A DNA stretch of 43,489 bases. Source: Hadesarchaea archaeon (GTDB lineage Archaea > Hadarchaeota > Hadarchaeia > Hadarchaeales > Hadarchaeaceae). The translations under genes and the position numbers were made by a program. The notes under the pieces were generated by a model. The model was not told where the DNA came from. It worked only from the letters and a program-made list of their open reading frames with translations, and did not search any database. The stretch spans positions 1 to 43,489 of the forward strand of contig JAPDJH010000016.1 of NCBI GenBank assembly GCA_029259175.1, read 5' to 3'. Every line of letters begins with the position of its first letter. The first letter of the stretch is position 1. Of the stretch, positions 27,278 through 36,127 are shown piece after piece.

Positions 27278-27520
27278 ATGGAAATCGTGATTCAAGAGGC
27301 GGCGCTGGTCTTCATGTTCGTGCTTTACTTGCTGGCAATCGAGTTTCGAGACCTGTTGTACTCAGTCATCCTGCTTGGGGGAGCCAGTGTTCTGTTGGCA
27401 TTTGTGTTCTACACTCTGCAAGCGCCCGATATCGCCATCACACAGGCAGCAGTGGGGGCGGGGGTAAGCACGGTTCTGTTTGTCATTGCGGTGAGCCGCA
27501 CGAGGAGGGAAGAGGGATGA
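27278..27520 (+). CDS. mbhD: Mrp-Mbh subunit D (DUF4040)
   Basis: LQAPDIAITQAAVGAG. Confidence 0.9.
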   Translation: MEIVIQEAALVFMFVLYLLAIEFRDLLYSVILLGGASVLLAFVFYTLQAPDIAITQAAVGAGVSTVLFVIAVSRTRREEG

Positions 27521-27807
27521 ATCGCGAGTTTCTCCGATTGCTGACGGCGGTGGCGGTGGGTCTCCTTTTGTTGGTGGCTGTGTATGCGGTTCTCCCGTCC
27601 TTTGGAGAGTTTCCCCAATCGCGTGAGAACACGGCGGTTGGGCAACGGATTTTGGAGGAGGCCCCCTCACAGACAGGGGCGACCAATGTGGTTACCAGCG
27701 TGGTCTGGGGTTACAGGGGCTATGACACATTTGGCGAGGCCACCGTGCTGTTCACCGCTGTGGTCGGTGTTCTGATGGTGTTGAGAGCTGGTGGGAGGAG
27801 AGAGTGA
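27517..27807 (+). CDS. mbhE: Mrp-Mbh subunit E
   Basis: NVVTSVVWGYRGYDTFGEATVLF. Confidence 0.9.
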   Translation: MNREFLRLLTAVAVGLLLLVAVYAVLPSFGEFPQSRENTAVGQRILEEAPSQTGATNVVTSVVWGYRGYDTFGEATVLFTAVVGVLMVLRAGGRRE

Positions 27808-28247
27808 TGGCGGGGATGTCCATTATCGTTCGAACAGTGGCTAGATTTTTAACGCCTTTCTTGCTCTTGTTCGGCGCCTATATTGTTGTACACGGACATC
27901 TCACACCCGGGGGCGGATTTCCCGGAGGAGTAATCATCGCTGCTGCGGTAGTTCTGGTAATCATCGCGTACGGTCTAGATTCAGTTCTCCGTGGTTTGTC
28001 TATTAGCAAAACCGAGCTGCTCGAAAGCATTGGAGCCATTGGAGTAGCGCTCATAGGGATTCTTGGGATAATTGCCGGTTCGGCGTTTTTGCAAAACGTT
28101 TTTCCCACGGGAGAGCTGGGGCGTTTGTTCAGTGCGGGCGAGTTGCCTCTCCTTTACTTGAGCGTGGGCATCAAGGTGATGGCCGGAATAATGCTGATAT
28201 GTTTTGCCATGTTGTTCGCGTTCTGGAGGGAGGAACATGAGCATTAA
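27804..28247 (+). CDS. mbhF: Mrp-Mbh subunit F (MnhB-like)
   Basis: HGHLTPGGGFPGG. Confidence 0.92.
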   Translation: MMAGMSIIVRTVARFLTPFLLLFGAYIVVHGHLTPGGGFPGGVIIAAAVVLVIIAYGLDSVLRGLSISKTELLESIGAIGVALIGILGIIAGSAFLQNVFPTGELGRLFSAGELPLLYLSVGIKVMAGIMLICFAMLFAFWREEHEH

Positions 28248-28596
28248 CTATGCGGTAGCAATGATGCTGGTCGGATTGGGCCTCTACTGTTTGGTTGTAA
28301 AACGCAATCTCATCAAGCTGGTCATAGGACTTTCGGTGATCACCGATGGAATTCATCTTTTGCTGATAAGCATCGGGTATCGAAGCGGGGGCATACCGCC
28401 AATCGTTACGTCGGCCTACATGGACAATCTTGAGGGCTTTGCAGCACGGGCGGTCGATCCAGTCCCGCAGGCCCTAGTTTTGACTTCCATCGTTATTAGC
28501 GTGTGTGTGTTGGCTCTCGCGCTCTCTTTGGCCATCTATGCGTATCGCCACTATGGAACTCTGGACGTTAGAAAGCTCAGGAGGCTGAGAGAGTGA
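28237..28596 (+). CDS. mbhG: Mrp-Mbh subunit G (MnhC-like)
   Basis: NLIKLVIGL, DPVPQALVLTSIVI. Confidence 0.92.
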   Translation: MSINYAVAMMLVGLGLYCLVVKRNLIKLVIGLSVITDGIHLLLISIGYRSGGIPPIVTSAYMDNLEGFAARAVDPVPQALVLTSIVISVCVLALALSLAIYAYRHYGTLDVRKLRRLRE

Positions 28597-30089
28597 TTCC
28601 GCACGCCCCAATTCTTGCCGTTTTTCTGCCGTTGCTCGCTGCATTTGTTCTCCCCTTGGTCTCTCTGCTGGAGAGGCGGTACAAGATCCCCCTTGCCAAA
28701 GAGTGGGTTTCCGCGATTTTTGTGATAGCAGAGGTTATGGTGGTGTTCAGCGTGTTTCCGGATGCTAAGAGTTCTGTTGTTGCTTATCAGCTAGGTGGAT
28801 GGGCGCCACCTTTGGGCATAGTTCTTGCAATAGATGCTCTGAGCGCTCTGGCAGCGCTCATAATTGTTACGGTGGGCGCGCTGGTGTTTATTTACTCCTT
28901 TATTTATATGCGCCGGGAAAGCGGAGTGGAACACTATTATGCTTTGCTCTTTCTTCTCTTGGGAGGATGTGTGGGAGTGGTGTTCACCGGGGATATTTTC
29001 AATTTCTATGTGTTTTTCGAAATCATGTCGATTGCTTCTTATGCCTTGGTGGCGTTCCGTCGGCATCTCTGGGGTATTGAAGCGGCAATAAAATACCTAA
29101 TAGTTGGTTCGCTTGGAACCTCCTTCATTCTGTTGGGGATCGTCTTTCTCTACGGCCGGTTCGGAACCCTGACGATGGCTAATATAATGGAACTCATGGG
29201 GCAAGTAGCGGCCAGAGACCTGGTGATCCCGCTGACGTGCTTTCTTGTAGGTATTGGAATCAAAGTGGCGATGGTTCCTTTCCACTTCTGGTTGCCCGAT
29301 GCCTATCAGGGGGCCCCATCTCCGGTCTCAGCGTTTTTCTCAGGTGCTACGGCAACCGTTGGGGTGTACGCTATAGCTCGAATAGTATACGTGTTGTTCG
29401 GCGCAGCCAGCGTGGGGAGTTTGCTGGTGGTTTTAGGATTGATCACCATGGTGGTGGGGGCGCTGATGGCACTGGTTCAGCGCGATCTAAAGCGCCTGCT
29501 TGCTTATTCGGGGATCTCGCAAATGGGTTACGTGCTGGTTGGTCTTGGTCTCGGCACAGCCTTAGGAATCCAAGGGGCCCTGTTCCACATTTTCAACAAC
29601 GCCGTGTACAAGACCCTTCTGTTCATGCTCGTGGGTGCGGTTATATGGAGGGTGGGGACCAGCCGCATGGACGAGCTCGGCGGGCTCTGGAAGAATATGC
29701 CCATAACTGCGTTCATGTTTTTACTCGGCTCGCTGGCCATCGCTGGAATTCCTCCACTCAACGGATTTGCGAGCAAGTGGATGATCTACTTGGCGGGGAT
29801 AGAATACGGTGGATGGGGCTACGTGGTGACCGCGATCGCACTCATAGTGAGTGCTCTCACTCTGGCCTATTTCCTGAAGGCTCTGAGTTCGGTTTTTCTT
29901 GGGCAGCGTCCGTCGCATCTCGCTAATGTGAAGGAGCCCCCGGCAGCGATGCTTCTTCCGGCGATGGTGCTTGCGGTGCTTTGCGTGGTTTTCGGAGTGC
30001 TTCCACAATTGGGCGTTGATCTCGTGGAGCCCGCCCAGAGAGCGATTTCCGACCTAAACGGCTATATAGTTGGGGTGATGGGTGGTTGA
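28593..30089 (+). CDS. mbhH: Mrp-Mbh subunit H (MnhD-like antiporter subunit)
   Basis: DIFNFYVFFEIM, PFHFWLPDAY, DLKRLLAYS, GIPPLNGFASKW. Confidence 0.94.
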   Translation: MIPHAPILAVFLPLLAAFVLPLVSLLERRYKIPLAKEWVSAIFVIAEVMVVFSVFPDAKSSVVAYQLGGWAPPLGIVLAIDALSALAALIIVTVGALVFIYSFIYMRRESGVEHYYALLFLLLGGCVGVVFTGDIFNFYVFFEIMSIASYALVAFRRHLWGIEAAIKYLIVGSLGTSFILLGIVFLYGRFGTLTMANIMELMGQVAARDLVIPLTCFLVGIGIKVAMVPFHFWLPDAYQGAPSPVSAFFSGATATVGVYAIARIVYVLFGAASVGSLLVVLGLITMVVGALMALVQRDLKRLLAYSGISQMGYVLVGLGLGTALGIQGALFHIFNNAVYKTLLFMLVGAVIWRVGTSRMDELGGLWKNMPITAFMFLLGSLAIAGIPPLNGFASKWMIYLAGIEYGGWGYVVTAIALIVSALTLAYFLKALSSVFLGQRPSHLANVKEPPAAMLLPAMVLAVLCVVFGVLPQLGVDLVEPAQRAISDLNGYIVGVMGG

Positions 30090-30445
30090 TGATGGCGGAT
30101 TCAGTAGTTTTTGGTCCAGGTTTTTGGGGACCCATAATCGCCACAGCCTCCATGCTTTTGATCGCTGGAGCGGGATATCTGCTGATTTTAGCCAGTCGCA
30201 GGATTTCTCCTCGGCGTCCGACGTCAGAGAAACTAACCACCTATGCGTGCGGTGAGGACGTTTCGCCGAGCCAGACCAGACCAGACGCAGAGTTCTTCTT
30301 TTCGCCCATTCGCAGAGTCTTCCGACCCTTCTACCGTTACATCGGGGCGAAACACACGGGCGAGCTGTCTCTTTACGTGTGGTGGGTGTTGATCGGTGCC
30401 TTAGTTTTAGTTGTGTTGACGGCCCACGGATTGGGGGTGTTGTGA
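30086..30445 (+). CDS. mbhI: Mbh subunit I
   Basis: TM helix, YACGED, HTGELSLYVWW; position in the operon. Confidence 0.82.
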   Translation: MMMADSVVFGPGFWGPIIATASMLLIAGAGYLLILASRRISPRRPTSEKLTTYACGEDVSPSQTRPDAEFFFSPIRRVFRPFYRYIGAKHTGELSLYVWWVLIGALVLVVLTAHGLGVL

Positions 30446-30861
30446 TGGGGATCGCCAATTTCTTCCGCCGCAAATCTCCTTGGTTGCTTCACTTTGATTC
30501 TGGGGGCTGCAACGGGTGCAGTATTGAAGTGGTGGCTGCTCTGACCCCGCGCTTTGATGTCGAGCGTTTCGGAATGCTCGCAAAGGGATCTCCACGTCAT
30601 GCTGACATTTTGGTCGTCACCGGACCGGTCACGCGGCAGTGCTTGCCAAGACTTAAGCGGATATACGAGCAGATGCCGGAGCCAAAAATCGTCGTGGCTG
30701 TGGGCTCGTGCGCGATTACGAACGGAGCTTTCGATGGATGCTACAATGTAGTTGGCCCCCTTGACAAGCACCTTCCGGTACGGGCTTACGTTCCGGGCTG
30801 TCCCCCCAGACCAGAGGCCATAATCCATGGTCTGATGGCTGTGCTGGAGGAGTTGAAATGA
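30445..30861 (+). CDS. mbhJ: Mbh [NiFe] hydrogenase small subunit
   Basis: GCNGCSIE, SPRHAD, GSC, PGCPPRP. Confidence 0.94.
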   Translation: MGIANFFRRKSPWLLHFDSGGCNGCSIEVVAALTPRFDVERFGMLAKGSPRHADILVVTGPVTRQCLPRLKRIYEQMPEPKIVVAVGSCAITNGAFDGCYNVVGPLDKHLPVRAYVPGCPPRPEAIIHGLMAVLEELK

Positions 30862-31283
30862 AAGCGAGTGAGGTCATCCAGCTACTGGAAGGCCTGATCG
30901 AAGAGGTGAAAACGGTTGGCAATCGCAGGGTGTTTGCAACAGCATCGAAGGAACGATTTCGAGAAGTGCTCCAGCGCCTGAGAGAAAAAGAGGTGCGGCA
31001 CGTTTCTACAATTTCCGGGGTCGACCGCGGATCCCACATAAGTGTAGTATACCACTTTGATTGTAGGCCGTGTTTGCTGAACTTGCGAGTGGATCTCCCG
31101 AAGGATAATCCCGAGATTCGCACGATCACGGATCTGTTTCCGGGTGCGGAGATCTATGAGCGTGACTTGATGGAGATGCTGGGGGTGAAGGTGAGCGAGC
31201 ACCCGGACCCGCGCCGGTTCTTCCTGCCGGATGATTGGCCAGAGGGGGTTTATCCGCTTCGCAAGGAGGTGAAACAACCGTGA
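30858..31283 (+). CDS. mbhK: Mbh subunit K (NuoC-like)
   Basis: YERDLMEMLGV, LPDDWPEGVYPLRK. Confidence 0.92.
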   Translation: MKASEVIQLLEGLIEEVKTVGNRRVFATASKERFREVLQRLREKEVRHVSTISGVDRGSHISVVYHFDCRPCLLNLRVDLPKDNPEIRTITDLFPGAEIYERDLMEMLGVKVSEHPDPRRFFLPDDWPEGVYPLRKEVKQP

Positions 31284-32434
31284 CGGTGATAGTTCCCGTT
31301 GGGCCCCAGCATCCAGCGCTCAAAGAGCCGGAGAACTTCCGGTTTGAGATCCGTGGCGAGGAGGTCGTGGATGTAGATATCCGAATGGGATATGTGCACC
31401 GCGGAATTGAGCGCGCGATGCAAGACCGCACCTATCTTCACAACGTGTACCTTTCGGAACGGATTTGCGGGATTTGTAATGTGGTGCACACCAACACTTA
31501 CTGCCAGGCCGTGGAGGCAATAGCGGGGATCGAGATTCCAGACCGAGCCCGTTATATCCGGACCATCCTGCTTGAGCTCGAGCGCATTCACAGCCACTTG
31601 TTGTGGGCGGGAGTGGCTGCACACGAGATCGGATTTGACACGCTCTTTATGTACTTCTGGCGTGACAGGGAGCACGTTTTGGACATTCGAGAAGCCGTAT
31701 CGGGCGGCCGTCAGCTCTCGGCGACCAACACGGTGGGAGGAGTGAGGCGCGATATCAAGCTCGAGCACATCCCACGAATGCTCGATGTTTTGAAGCGGTT
31801 GGAGCGCGAGACCCGGAGATATCTTGAGATTTGTAGCTCGGACCCAACGATTCTGAGCAGGTGCGAGGGTGTGGGCGTGCTAACCAAGCAGGATGCCCTT
31901 GAGGTGTGCGCGGTGGGACCGACAGCCCGGGCCGCGGGAGTGGATTGGGATGTGCGCAGGGATGACCCCTACGCGGCCTACGGCGATTTGGATTTCCGGG
32001 TGGTGATCGAGCGCACCGGCGATGTGCTCGCGCAGATTCTGGTTCGGCTGGGCGAAGTTATTCAGTCGATCGAAATCGTACGCCAGGCAGCGGACAGGCT
32101 CCCGTCCGGACCCATCCGAGTAGATCCTCCGACCAGAATCGAGCCGAATGAGGCTGTGGCGCGATCAGAAGCTCCGCGAGGTGAACTCCTCTATTATGTG
32201 GTGTCAAATGGCACGGACAAGCCGGAGCGGGTTCGCGTGCGAACCCCCACATACGGCAACGTCTTGACTTGGAAGCGGATGTTCAAAGGTTGCACGGTTG
32301 CTGAGATCCCGATAGTGCTGGCCAGCATAGATCCGTGTATGGCGTGCACGGATCGGGTCACTTTGGTGGACGTGGAGCGGGGCCGATCAAGGGTCGTGTC
32401 GCTCGAAGAACTGCGGAGGTGGAAGAAGTGGTAG
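31280..32434 (+). CDS. mbhL: Mbh [NiFe] hydrogenase large subunit (group 4)
   Basis: GPQHP; ERICGIC and DPCMACTDR metal-binding motifs, followed by a C-terminal extension. Confidence 0.95.
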   Translation: MTVIVPVGPQHPALKEPENFRFEIRGEEVVDVDIRMGYVHRGIERAMQDRTYLHNVYLSERICGICNVVHTNTYCQAVEAIAGIEIPDRARYIRTILLELERIHSHLLWAGVAAHEIGFDTLFMYFWRDREHVLDIREAVSGGRQLSATNTVGGVRRDIKLEHIPRMLDVLKRLERETRRYLEICSSDPTILSRCEGVGVLTKQDALEVCAVGPTARAAGVDWDVRRDDPYAAYGDLDFRVVIERTGDVLAQILVRLGEVIQSIEIVRQAADRLPSGPIRVDPPTRIEPNEAVARSEAPRGELLYYVVSNGTDKPERVRVRTPTYGNVLTWKRMFKGCTVAEIPIVLASIDPCMACTDRVTLVDVERGRSRVVSLEELRRWKKW

Positions 32435-33375
32435 GCGTAGCGGAGTTCCTGTTTTCGACCCTCATCTTCCCGGGGCTGCTTTTCGCGGCGGCGGTGGGTC
32501 TCCTCTACATCGGGATTGATCGCAAGATTACAGGACGATTGCAACACCGTGTGGGCCCGCCCATCTGGCAGGAGTTTTTGGACTTCGGAAAACTGCTGAC
32601 CAAGGAGGACATCACACCAGCGGCAGCCCAGGGCGCTATCTTCGATTTTGCGCCGGTTGTGGCGCTGGGAGCCGTGGTAACGGTTTTGCTGCTTTTCCCG
32701 GTTAATTCGGTTCAGCCGGCTCTTCAAAGTGTGGCGGATTTGATAGTTATTATCTATCTGCTGAATATTCCGGCCATTTCAATGATGTTGGGGGGATACG
32801 CATCGGGAACTCCCTTTGGAGCCGTGGGGGCATGGCGCTACGTGGTGCAGCTGTTCAGCTACGAGCTCGTGTTCGTCTTGGCGATCCTCTCGGTGGTAGC
32901 ACGCGTGGGCTCGCTCAGCGTCAGCGGAGTGGTGGGTTATCAGCTCGCAAATGGCTGGCTGCTTTTCGATCCCCGCCTGTGGCCAGCATTCATAGCCGTG
33001 GTGATCGCTGCTCAAGCCAAGTTGCTTCGAGTTCCGTTCGACATTCCGGAGGCCCACACGGAAATCGTCCACGGGCCACTCACTGAGTACTCCGGTCCAA
33101 AGCTGGCGGTTTGGCGTTTGGTCTACTGTGTTGAAACACTGGCAGTGCTCGGTCTGCTGGTGAATCTCTTTCTCGGGGGCCCGGTGAGTCACACGATTGC
33201 TGGTGTCACGATTCCGGGAGTGGTCGATTTTTTGGTGAAGGTGTTTGCCTTGTTGCTCGTCACAACCGTGATGCGGAATGTGATGGCTAGGCTGCGAATA
33301 GACCGAGCGCTGCGGTTTTTCTGGACGTACGGCCTGCTGCTGGTGGCAGTAAGTTTGGTTTTGGTGGTGGTCTGA
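32428..33375 (+). CDS. mbhM: Mbh subunit M (NuoH-like)
   Basis: RLQHRVGPP, PFDIPEAHTEIVHGPLTEYSG, ARLRID. Confidence 0.93.
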   Translation: MVGVAEFLFSTLIFPGLLFAAAVGLLYIGIDRKITGRLQHRVGPPIWQEFLDFGKLLTKEDITPAAAQGAIFDFAPVVALGAVVTVLLLFPVNSVQPALQSVADLIVIIYLLNIPAISMMLGGYASGTPFGAVGAWRYVVQLFSYELVFVLAILSVVARVGSLSVSGVVGYQLANGWLLFDPRLWPAFIAVVIAAQAKLLRVPFDIPEAHTEIVHGPLTEYSGPKLAVWRLVYCVETLAVLGLLVNLFLGGPVSHTIAGVTIPGVVDFLVKVFALLLVTTVMRNVMARLRIDRALRFFWTYGLLLVAVSLVLVVV

Positions 33376-33376
33376 A

Positions 33377-33703
33377 ATGCCGCGTGCCCTGCCCATAGCG
33401 TTGAGGAACCTCTTTCGGCGGCCCTTTACGCTCCGGTATCCAAAGGAGAGGCGCGAGCCATTCGATAACTACCGTGGAGCGCCCAGAATTAACCGGGAGC
33501 TGTGTATTCGGTGCTGGAACTGCATTCGGGCCTGTCCCTCGCGGGCGATCTCGATAAACCCGCAGACCAAGACGCCGCGGATAAATCTCGGGAAGTGCAT
33601 CTACTGCGGGGAGTGCGCCGAGGCGTGCCCGACGCGCGCCATCCGGATGACCAAGGAGTTCGAGCTGGCCACGCTTGACAAAGGCAAGGCGGTTTCTGAG
33701 TGA
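33377..33703 (+). CDS. mbhN: Mbh subunit N (2x[4Fe-4S], NuoI-like)
   Basis: CIRCWNCIRACP and CIYCGECAEACP. Confidence 0.93.
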   Translation: MPRALPIALRNLFRRPFTLRYPKERREPFDNYRGAPRINRELCIRCWNCIRACPSRAISINPQTKTPRINLGKCIYCGECAEACPTRAIRMTKEFELATLDKGKAVSE

Positions 33704-34180
33704 TCACCTTCGGCGATAAAATTCTGAGATCCGGTCGGTCAACCTGCGGATGGTACTCTTTACCTCGGCGCTCAGCTCGGCCCCGAGTTCTATTTGCTTC
33801 GGCTGGATGCCCAAAAGGAGAACTGTAGATCCCGTTTCTCGCTGGATGTACTCCGCGAGCACTGAGAGGGGGAGGGAGTGGGTGGAAAACGAGGCTCCCT
33901 TGATCATATCGGGGGAGGCGAGGATAACCTCTCCGGGTCTGCCGCCGAAGTCCGCGGCATCGACCAAGAGGGTGAGATCTGGCTTGAATCTCTTTATTTC
34001 GCCGGTGAAGTTTTCTGGGGTTTTCCCGGCCTCGGTCAGCAAAAGATCAGGGGATTTTATCTTTGCTCGGAGGATTTTGACGAACTCTACTCCCGCGCCG
34101 TCGTCTCCCTTGTCCTCATTGCCGACTCCGAGCACCGCTATCCTTTTACTATTCTGAAGTAAACTGTCGAGATCCGTCAT
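33704..34180 (-). CDS. hycI: Hydrogenase maturation endopeptidase (HycI-type)
   Basis: GVGNEDKGDDGAG, TPEN, VDAA, STHSLPL, GIQP. Confidence 0.93.
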   Translation of the reverse strand: MTDLDSLLQNSKRIAVLGVGNEDKGDDGAGVEFVKILRAKIKSPDLLLTEAGKTPENFTGEIKRFKPDLTLLVDAADFGGRPGEVILASPDMIKGASFSTHSLPLSVLAEYIQRETGSTVLLLGIQPKQIELGAELSAEVKSTIRRLTDRISEFYRRR

Positions 34181-34256
34181 GATCTTCCTCCTGTTCTCAA
34201 ATTCGTGCTGCCGAGCAAGTGTGGAACCCCATTTTTTGAATTTTTGTTTTGAGACA

Positions 34257-34976
34257 TTATTTTAACTTCCTCACAATTGCTTCAAGTCGCCTAGCGAATT
34301 CCGTTCTTAGCAACAGCTCCGGTCTTCCAATCGCTCTTTCCACTTTAGGATCGCGCGGGACGGAACCGAGAAACTGCACGCCCTCCGCCCTGCAGAACTC
34401 CTCGACACATGCTTCTCCCTCTGCCATGTTCTCTATCGCTCCCATAATCTTAGAACCAGTTTCTCTCAGCAAAAGCAGGAGCCTCCGCACGGTCTGAATC
34501 GAAAGCTTGGACGGCGTGGAAACCACTAGCCACTCTGCTGCAGGTATGAACTTCACCACATCTAGAATTTCGTCCCCCGTCCCGGGCGGCATGTCGACGA
34601 GCAGCAGGTCCAGCTCCCCCCAGCGGGTGATCGCGAGGAGTTCGAGCATGGCGTGGGTCGCGTCGCTCCCGCGCAACGCGGACGGCCCCTCCCCGATGTA
34701 CGGCGCGATCGACATCAACCTCACCCCGTGGATCTCCGGCGGAACCACGCCGCGATCCTCGGTCGGCATCAAATCCCACGCGCCCAGAATCAGGTGGGCC
34801 GAGGGGCCGTAGAAGTCGAGATCCAGCAACCCCACCCGCCTGCTCCGCTGAGATAGAAGCAACGCGGCCGTAGCGCTTACCAAGCTCTTGCCCACCCCGC
34901 CCTTCCCGCTGCCCACGCAGACCACGCGGCGCACCCCGGATAGCTGTTTTTCTGCCTCGCGCAATCGCGGATCCAC
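34257..34976 (-). CDS. hypB: Mrp/MinD-family ATPase, probable ATPase-type HypB
   Basis: SGKGGVGKS, DLDFYGPS, WGELD, DMPPGTGD, ENM; no CxxC; immediately downstream of hypA as in Thermococcales. Confidence 0.8.
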   Translation of the reverse strand: MDPRLREAEKQLSGVRRVVCVGSGKGGVGKSLVSATAALLLSQRSRRVGLLDLDFYGPSAHLILGAWDLMPTEDRGVVPPEIHGVRLMSIAPYIGEGPSALRGSDATHAMLELLAITRWGELDLLLVDMPPGTGDEILDVVKFIPAAEWLVVSTPSKLSIQTVRRLLLLLRETGSKIMGAIENMAEGEACVEEFCRAEGVQFLGSVPRDPKVERAIGRPELLLRTEFARRLEAIVRKLK

Positions 34977-34980
34977 CCAA

Positions 34981-35379
34981 TCACCCCAACTCGACGCTCT
35001 CGATCCAGACTCCTCTCCCCGACTCGATGGCGAAATCCGGGCTCCCGCAACGTGGGCAGCGGAGATAGGTGTGGGCGGCCTCGGGCAGGAAGTGGATCAG
35101 CTCCGCTTCCTCGGGCTTCAGCTTGTCCCTTTCCACTTTCCATTCGTGGGAGCACCGGTTGCATTTGAGAACGGCAGGTTCTCTAGCCAGCGAGAACTCA
35201 GCGTCCTCTGCTGGGGTGTTTTTTGACAGCTCCCGCAGGGCGGTCGAGAAGATTTCCTCCTCAACCTGCTGCAGCTCCCCGAGCTTTATCCGAACCCGCA
35301 GAACTCTCGCCGCGTTCCGCTCCTCCGCCACCCGCAGAACCGTTAGGACCACGCTTTCGGCCAGCGCCCACTCGTGCAT
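34981..35379 (-). CDS. hypA: Nickel chaperone HypA
   Basis: MHEWALA, CNRC and CPRC, long Thermococcales-type insert IHFLPE. Confidence 0.95.
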   Translation of the reverse strand: MHEWALAESVVLTVLRVAEERNAARVLRVRIKLGELQQVEEEIFSTALRELSKNTPAEDAEFSLAREPAVLKCNRCSHEWKVERDKLKPEEAELIHFLPEAAHTYLRCPRCGSPDFAIESGRGVWIESVELG

Positions 35380-35429
35380 GTCTCTCTCTAACAATCATGC
35401 CTGAGAGGTTAAGAGGCTTAAATCCGGAC

Positions 35430-35774
35430 TTACCGAGAGCGCGCCGGGAGCTCCACCACGCCGAGCCTGCTCAGCCGGAAGGGCACGCCGCTCAACTGCT
35501 TTGTGATCAAGACTATCGACGCCCAGATCCCAGTTGCGGTGATTGTCATCGGGACTCCAACCATGAGTATCTCCGGCACTACCTCGCTGAGCCCTGCTGT
35601 CAGGAAGGGGGGATAGGGAACCACTTCACCGTGGAACACGTGCTCTGCGGCCAGCGCCACCACTCCGCCCCACAGCAGCACGTTGAGCACGTTGATCCGG
35701 TAGCTCTCCGGAAAGCGGTTCCTGAGCAGGGCTGTGATGATCCCCAGCGCCATCGGAACTAGGAAGCACGCCAT
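35430..35774 (-). CDS. Small membrane protein (three TM)
   Basis: MACFLVP start, LLWGG...AEHVFHGE; GGAGGTGA RBS. Confidence 0.75.
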   Translation of the reverse strand: MACFLVPMALGIITALLRNRFPESYRINVLNVLLWGGVVALAAEHVFHGEVVPYPPFLTAGLSEVVPEILMVGVPMTITATGIWASIVLITKQLSGVPFRLSRLGVVELPARSR

Positions 35775-35780
35775 TCGCCT

Positions 35781-36071
35781 TCACCTCCTCCTTCTCTTCG
35801 CTCGCGAGAGCAAGGCCGCGATTTCCCATATCAAGACTATGGGGATCAGCATGATCACGCCGACCAGCGCCGCTTCCGGTGTCAGCTCCAAGAACTCTCC
35901 CCCCTCGCGGGCGTATCCGATGATGTGGTCAACCAAAACCATCGCGGCCAGACCCCAGAGCATCAGGCAGAGCCAGTCGAGGTGGAGGGCCTTGGATCTC
36001 TCCGCACCGATGTAGGCGGCGGTCGCCAGGAGGGCCGCCCACCACGAGATCACCAGCCACATGGGGTTCAT
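35781..36071 (-). CDS. Small membrane protein (three TM), paralogue of the downstream gene
   Basis: LMLWGLAAMVLVDHIIGY...GGEF parallels the neighbour. Confidence 0.75.
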   Translation of the reverse strand: MNPMWLVISWWAALLATAAYIGAERSKALHLDWLCLMLWGLAAMVLVDHIIGYAREGGEFLELTPEAALVGVIMLIPIVLIWEIAALLSRAKRRRR

Positions 36072-36076
36072 TTTTG

Positions 36077-36104
36077 GTATTACTTTTTAGTATATAAGTA
36101 TTAC
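36077..36104. promoter_or_regulatory. Putative NikR-type operator over the divergent promoter
   Basis: GTATTA-N16-TATTAC (28 bp) enclosing TATATAA; an extra GTATTAT at 36113. Confidence 0.65.
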
Positions 36105-36127
36105 TGCCGCAAGTATTATCGATAGCG

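Noticed and set aside
34257-34976. Fe-S carrier ApbC/Nbp35 call
   Set aside because: Lacks the CxxC cluster-binding motif and sits next to hypA, fitting ATPase-type HypB.
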